Below, one piece after another: positions 61,159 to 64,000 of a stretch of 64,000 bases of DNA (positions are counted from its first letter, which is position 1; each line of letters begins with the position of its first letter). Under the pieces are notes generated by a model. It made no database searches. It was not told where the DNA came from and worked only from the letters and a program-made list of their open reading frames with translations. Source of the DNA: an uncultured Clostridia bacterium (GTDB lineage Bacteria > Bacillota > Clostridia > Christensenellales > Borkfalkiaceae). Position numbers and translations under genes: made by a program. Location of the stretch: the NCBI GenBank assembly GCA_947589235.1, contig CANQAX010000002.1, positions 9,054 through 73,053 of the forward strand, read 5' to 3'.

Positions 61159-61810
61159 TCTCCCGTGCAGGCTTCCTTTCTTCTCGGAAGCCGCCGATTC
61201 GCTGTGCAAGACCGCCGAATCCCACTGCGTAAGACCGCCGCGCGGATTTTCTCCCCCGAAACAACAAGCACCCTTCTCTCGGGTTCCTCTCTCCGTCTCC
61301 CGTTCGGGTTTCCTTTCTTCTCGGGAGCCGCCGATTCGCTCTGCAAGACCGCCGCGCGGATTTTCTCCCCCGAGACAACAAGCAACCTTCTCTCGGGTTC
61401 CTCTCCCGTCTCCCGTCCGGGTTTCCCTTCTTCTCGGGAGCCGCCGATTCGCTGTACAAGACCGCCGAATCCCACTACACGACCGCCGCGCGGATGCTCT
61501 CCCCCGAGACAACAAGCGCGTCTCACTCGGGATCCTCTCTCCGTCTCCCGTGCGGGTTTCTTTCTTCTCGGGAACTGCCAACACGCTCTGCAAGACCGCC
61601 GAATCCCACTACACGACCGCCGCGCGGATTTTCTCCCCCGAGACAACAAGCACGTCTCACTCGGGTTCCTTTCTCTTTATCTCCCGTGCGGGTTTCTTTC
61701 TTCTCGGGAGCCGCCGATTCGCTCTATATGACCGCCGCGCGGATTTTCTCCCCCGAGACATTGAGCAACCTTCTCTCGGGTTCTCTCTCTGTCTCCCGTT
61801 TATCTCCCCT
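61159..61810. repeat. Tandem array of five 112-137-bp units
   Basis: TCTCCCGT anchors sit at 61159, 61296, 61409, 61544, 61680 and 61792. The units differ by presence or absence of a 24-nt GAATCCCACT..GACCGCC module. Confidence 0.9.
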
Positions 61811-61845
61811 ATTGTACCGCTTTCGCGCGACCTTGTCAAATCTTC

Positions 61846-61874
61846 TTGCATTTTCGCGCGACATTTTGTATAAT
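61846..61874 (+). promoter_or_regulatory. Consensus promoter placed for a leaderless transcript of the 61881 gene
   Basis: TTGCAT (61846-61851), 17 nt, TATAAT (61869-61874). The ATG at 61881 lies 6 nt after the -10 box, and there is no RBS. Confidence 0.55.
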
Positions 61875-61880
61875 ACAGGT

Positions 61881-62138
61881 ATGTTCCGCATCTGGGCAAA
61901 AGTCCTCACCGAGGACAAGATCGTAAAACAGACCGTGTATGAAGGGGAGGGCGCCTTCGCCTATTCTTCCTTTTTCCGCTATCTCGCCGAAATTTGCGAC
62001 ATGCTCGACGTGCCCACGCCCGTCCTTCTGAAGCCGCATATCCTGCAATATGCGAAATTCCGTCACGTCGTGTTCCGCCCCCGCGACTTCATCGAAGACC
62101 CGGGATTCGACAAGCTCATTCTCGAAAATATTTCGTGA
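61881..62138 (+). CDS. Hypothetical 85-aa protein
   Basis: Only the tail of ORF 61494..62138 lies outside the repeats: MFRIWAKVLTEDKIVKQTVYEGEGAFAYSSFFRYLAEICDMLDVPTPVLLKPHILQYAKFRHVVFRPRDFIEDPGFDKLILENIS. Confidence 0.6.
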   Translation: MFRIWAKVLTEDKIVKQTVYEGEGAFAYSSFFRYLAEICDMLDVPTPVLLKPHILQYAKFRHVVFRPRDFIEDPGFDKLILENIS

Positions 62139-62221
62139 ATGAATTTCGGAGCTGCATGAACACGGTCCGACCCGATTGGAATCACAGCACGGTTTCATTT
62201 TCACCCGAATAAAGCCACCTC

Positions 62222-62384
62222 TTGACCCGACGAGAAACGACGTGCGGCTTGAAGTTGACCTACTTGAAGCCGACTTGACCCGACGAGAAGCGACGTACGA
62301 CTTAAAGTTGACAGGAAAGGAATCAATTCTTAACTTGATTTTGACCCGACCGAAGTTGTATCCGACCCGATTCCGACCCGATTG
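62222..62384. repeat. Iteron-like direct repeats
   Basis: TTGACCCGACGAGAAACGACGTGCGGCTTGAAGTTGAC (62222-62259) and TTGACCCGACGAGAAGCGACGTACGACTTAAAGTTGAC (62274-62311). TTGACCCGACCGAAGTTG follows at 62341. CCGACCCGATT occurs three times. Confidence 0.75.
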
Positions 62385-62394
62385 AAATCATATC

Positions 62395-62880
62395 CCAACC
62401 TGAATTTTTGCAACATGGGGTGCGAAAACGCCCCTTTTTTTGCCTTCCCCCCTCGGGGGGAAGGTGTCCCGAAGGGACGGATGAGGGGCACGACGACACG
62501 CAGTAAGGCAGCAAGAGTGAGTAACCTCATACCGTGCCGCCTTACGGCGGGGCGACATGCCACTATTATGCGGCGGGTTGGAGCAAACGCCCCTCCCCCC
62601 CCCGCCCTTACGGGCACCCCCTCCGATGGAGGGGGCTCTGTCTCGTCGCTCCACCCAACAGTGGTGGGGCAAAAAAAGGAAGAGGGCGCGAACGCCCTCT
62701 TATAAAATAATTGTGCGCGGAGCAGGCTCCGCCGTTGGGCGGTGGTGGGGATTGGTAAATATGCTCCCATCCCCATCCGTCGCGGCTTACGCCGTGCCAC
62801 CTTCCCCTTCCCAAGGAAGGGTAAGGCTTTCACCTCTTTCCTCACGGAAATTCTTTTCCCCGAAAAGAATTTCGTGAACT
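62395..62880. repeat. Mosaic of repeat words shared with 27095-27140, 26815-26880 and 36476-36690
   Basis: CCCCCCTCGGGGGGAAGGTGTCCCGAAGGGACGGATGAGGG occurs at 62448 and 27098. The 132-nt block 62747-62878 matches 36559-36690. Confidence 0.85.
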
Positions 62881-62883
62881 AAC

Positions 62884-63318
62884 CTACTCCCCCTTCAGCG
62901 GGTCGGAGGCGGCGATCTTGGCGGAGAGGCGCACGAAAGCGGCGGCGTCCTCTTCGCCGATGTTCTCGATGATGGAATGGACCATCGCGAGCGTCTTTTC
63001 GTGGACCTTCATGTACTCGGTAAAGTCGAGCGGGCGGACGAGCGTCGTGCGCTTGTCCTTCCCGTCGAGCCGTTCGACATACCCCTTTTTGACGAGCGCG
63101 TCGAGCGTGCGGTTCACCAAAGATTTGAGCATGTGTGTCTCGGCAACAAGCTCCTTAAAGGACACGATCCCGACGCCGTCCTCCTGATACCGATGATAGA
63201 TCATCAGCATGACGGTCGCCTCGTTGTAGATCATGCCCTTCGGGATCCGCGTGTTCTTCAGAAGCCCCGTAAGATTGATCCATGCGCGAATACATTGTTC
63301 TTCGAGTTCATGTTTCAT
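62884..63318 (-). CDS. MarR family transcriptional regulator
   Basis: The winged-helix segment reads ...SFKELVAETHMLKSLVNRTLDALVKKGYVERLDGKDKRTTLVRPL.... The protein is 144 aa. Confidence 0.85.
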   Translation of the reverse strand: MKHELEEQCIRAWINLTGLLKNTRIPKGMIYNEATVMLMIYHRYQEDGVGIVSFKELVAETHMLKSLVNRTLDALVKKGYVERLDGKDKRTTLVRPLDFTEYMKVHEKTLAMVHSIIENIGEEDAAAFVRLSAKIAASDPLKGE

Positions 63319-63423
63319 ATAATAATCCTATTTGTGAACTATTAACTATATTTTAACAGAAAATCCAAGATATGTCAAGCTAAAATGAACACTTTTTGAA
63401 ATAATTATTAAAAAAATGTTAGG

Positions 63424-63452
63424 TTGCTTTTTCGGGAAGGATATGCTATAAT
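63424..63452 (+). promoter_or_regulatory. Consensus promoter of the DUF4250-like gene
   Basis: TTGCTT (63424-63429), 17 nt, TATAAT (63447-63452). Confidence 0.6.
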
Positions 63453-63470
63453 AACATTCGGAGGAAAGAA

Positions 63471-63650
63471 ATGCTGCCGACCGATTTCGACATGCTCATC
63501 GGGTACTGTAACATGAAGCTGCGCGACTTCTATCCCTCGCTCGAGGCGCTGTGCGACGGCGAGGACATCGGGCAGGAAGAGCTCCTCGAGCGCTTCCGCG
63601 CGCACGGATACGAGTACGACCCGCAGACCAACCGCTTTGTCTCGCGGTAG
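63471..63650 (+). CDS. DUF4250-like small protein (59 aa)
   Basis: It is below the ORF-track cutoff. A GGAGGAAAGAA RBS precedes it. The protein reads MLPTDFDMLIGYCNMKLRDFYPSLEALCDGEDIGQEELLERFRAHGYEYDPQTNRFVSR*. Confidence 0.7.
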   Translation: MLPTDFDMLIGYCNMKLRDFYPSLEALCDGEDIGQEELLERFRAHGYEYDPQTNRFVSR

Positions 63651-63704
63651 CTATCAACATTTCAACCGTGGAATTGTGGAATTCTGTGGATAGGGAGGAG
63701 AACG

Positions 63705-63905
63705 GTGACCGAATACGACCTCATGCGCCTCTTTTCGCAGTTTGAGGAGTTCGACATCGGGGATTTTTCGCCCGAGGAGCTCGCCGCCTACTGCGCGTAC
63801 GCCGAGCGGGAGGAGAAACCCCTCTCCCCCGCCGACTGGAAGGCACAATATTTCGACTTCTATGACGATGTGAAGGACAAGTCCCTCAAAAAACAGGACT
63901 GGTGA
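63705..63905 (+). CDS. Hypothetical small acidic protein
   Basis: GTG start after a GGGAGGAGAACG RBS. The protein is 66 aa. Confidence 0.5.
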   Translation: MTEYDLMRLFSQFEEFDIGDFSPEELAAYCAYAEREEKPLSPADWKAQYFDFYDDVKDKSLKKQDW

Positions 63906-63909
63906 ACGG

Positions 63910-64000
63910 ATGAAGTACCGCTGTATCATCTTCGACGCCGACGACACCCTCGTCGACTATCGCAAGGACGCCGTCCGCGCCTTCCGCGCCGCGCTCCGCA
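63910..64000 (+). CDS. HAD-superfamily hydrolase, N-terminal fragment (continues past the window)
   Basis: MKYRCIIFDADDTLVDYRKDAVRAFRAALR... carries the DxDxT motif I. Confidence 0.6.
   Translation, partial: MKYRCIIFDADDTLVDYRKDAVRAFRAALR

Noticed and set aside
60638-61459. 273-aa version of the Lrp/AsnC ORF extending into the tandem array
   Set aside because: The upstream 111 codons translate the tandem repeats (recurring GRKSARRS... strings). The HTH-containing protein begins at the ATG at 61126 with a GGGAGGGGG RBS.
61159-61810. Possible CRISPR array (regular repeats in an intergenic region)
   Set aside because: The whole 112-137-bp unit repeats. There are no unique spacers between short conserved repeats, and no cas genes are present in the window.
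1-64000. Prophage, ICE or transposon explaining the AT-rich islands; rRNA or tRNA genes
   Set aside because: I found no integrase, transposase, recombinase, capsid/terminase or conjugation gene in any frame, and no cloverleaf-like or rRNA-like segments. A by-eye tRNA search is imperfect, so tRNAscan-SE or Infernal should confirm this.

Overview
The window is a high-GC chromosomal segment, about 70% GC in sampled housekeeping lines. I infer a spore-forming Bacillota/Clostridia-like organism from spmA/spmB, ricT/yaaT and the Bacillus-like order greA-lysS ... holB-ricT ... trmN6-rsmI. Most genes are on the minus strand.

Recognisable housekeeping genes:
- tex, ppdK, metG, tatD with its partner radical-SAM gene, rsmA, rsmI, holB, ricT, lysS, greA
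- an aminotransferase and an Lrp/AsnC regulator

A large glycan-utilisation locus spans 10.7-26.4 kb. It holds a GH92 mannosidase-like gene, a LacI regulator, an ABC importer, a 1379-aa Ig-like lipoprotein and two GxGYxYP lipoproteins. A shared palindromic operator motif sits inside two consensus promoters of this locus.

Three visibly AT-rich insertions interrupt the backbone:
1. 1-1030: a HicA-like toxin plus a decayed DNA methyltransferase.
2. 4243-6543: a 2.3-kb islet bracketed by a perfect 15-bp direct repeat and sitting inside the tex terminator. It carries a regulator-like gene divergent from a basic/acidic/acidic three-gene operon of unknown function. This is the best candidate for an undescribed toxin-immunity or defence module.
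3. About 29960-32698: a single 829-aa TIR-like/DUF4062-like + coiled-coil + TPR protein that starts 17 nt after the ppdK terminator.

Islands 1 and 2 end with the same 16-nt motif.

The intergenic space is unusually repeat-rich:
- a ~150-nt structured element in five copies, with compensatory base changes
- a 132-nt repeat directly after two unrelated genes
- GC-rich hairpin words
- a 5-unit 112-137-bp tandem array
- a 43-bp tandem array

I saw no rRNA genes, tRNA genes, CRISPR arrays, integrases or transposases. All homology calls come from reading the translations and from remembered family signatures, not from database searches.
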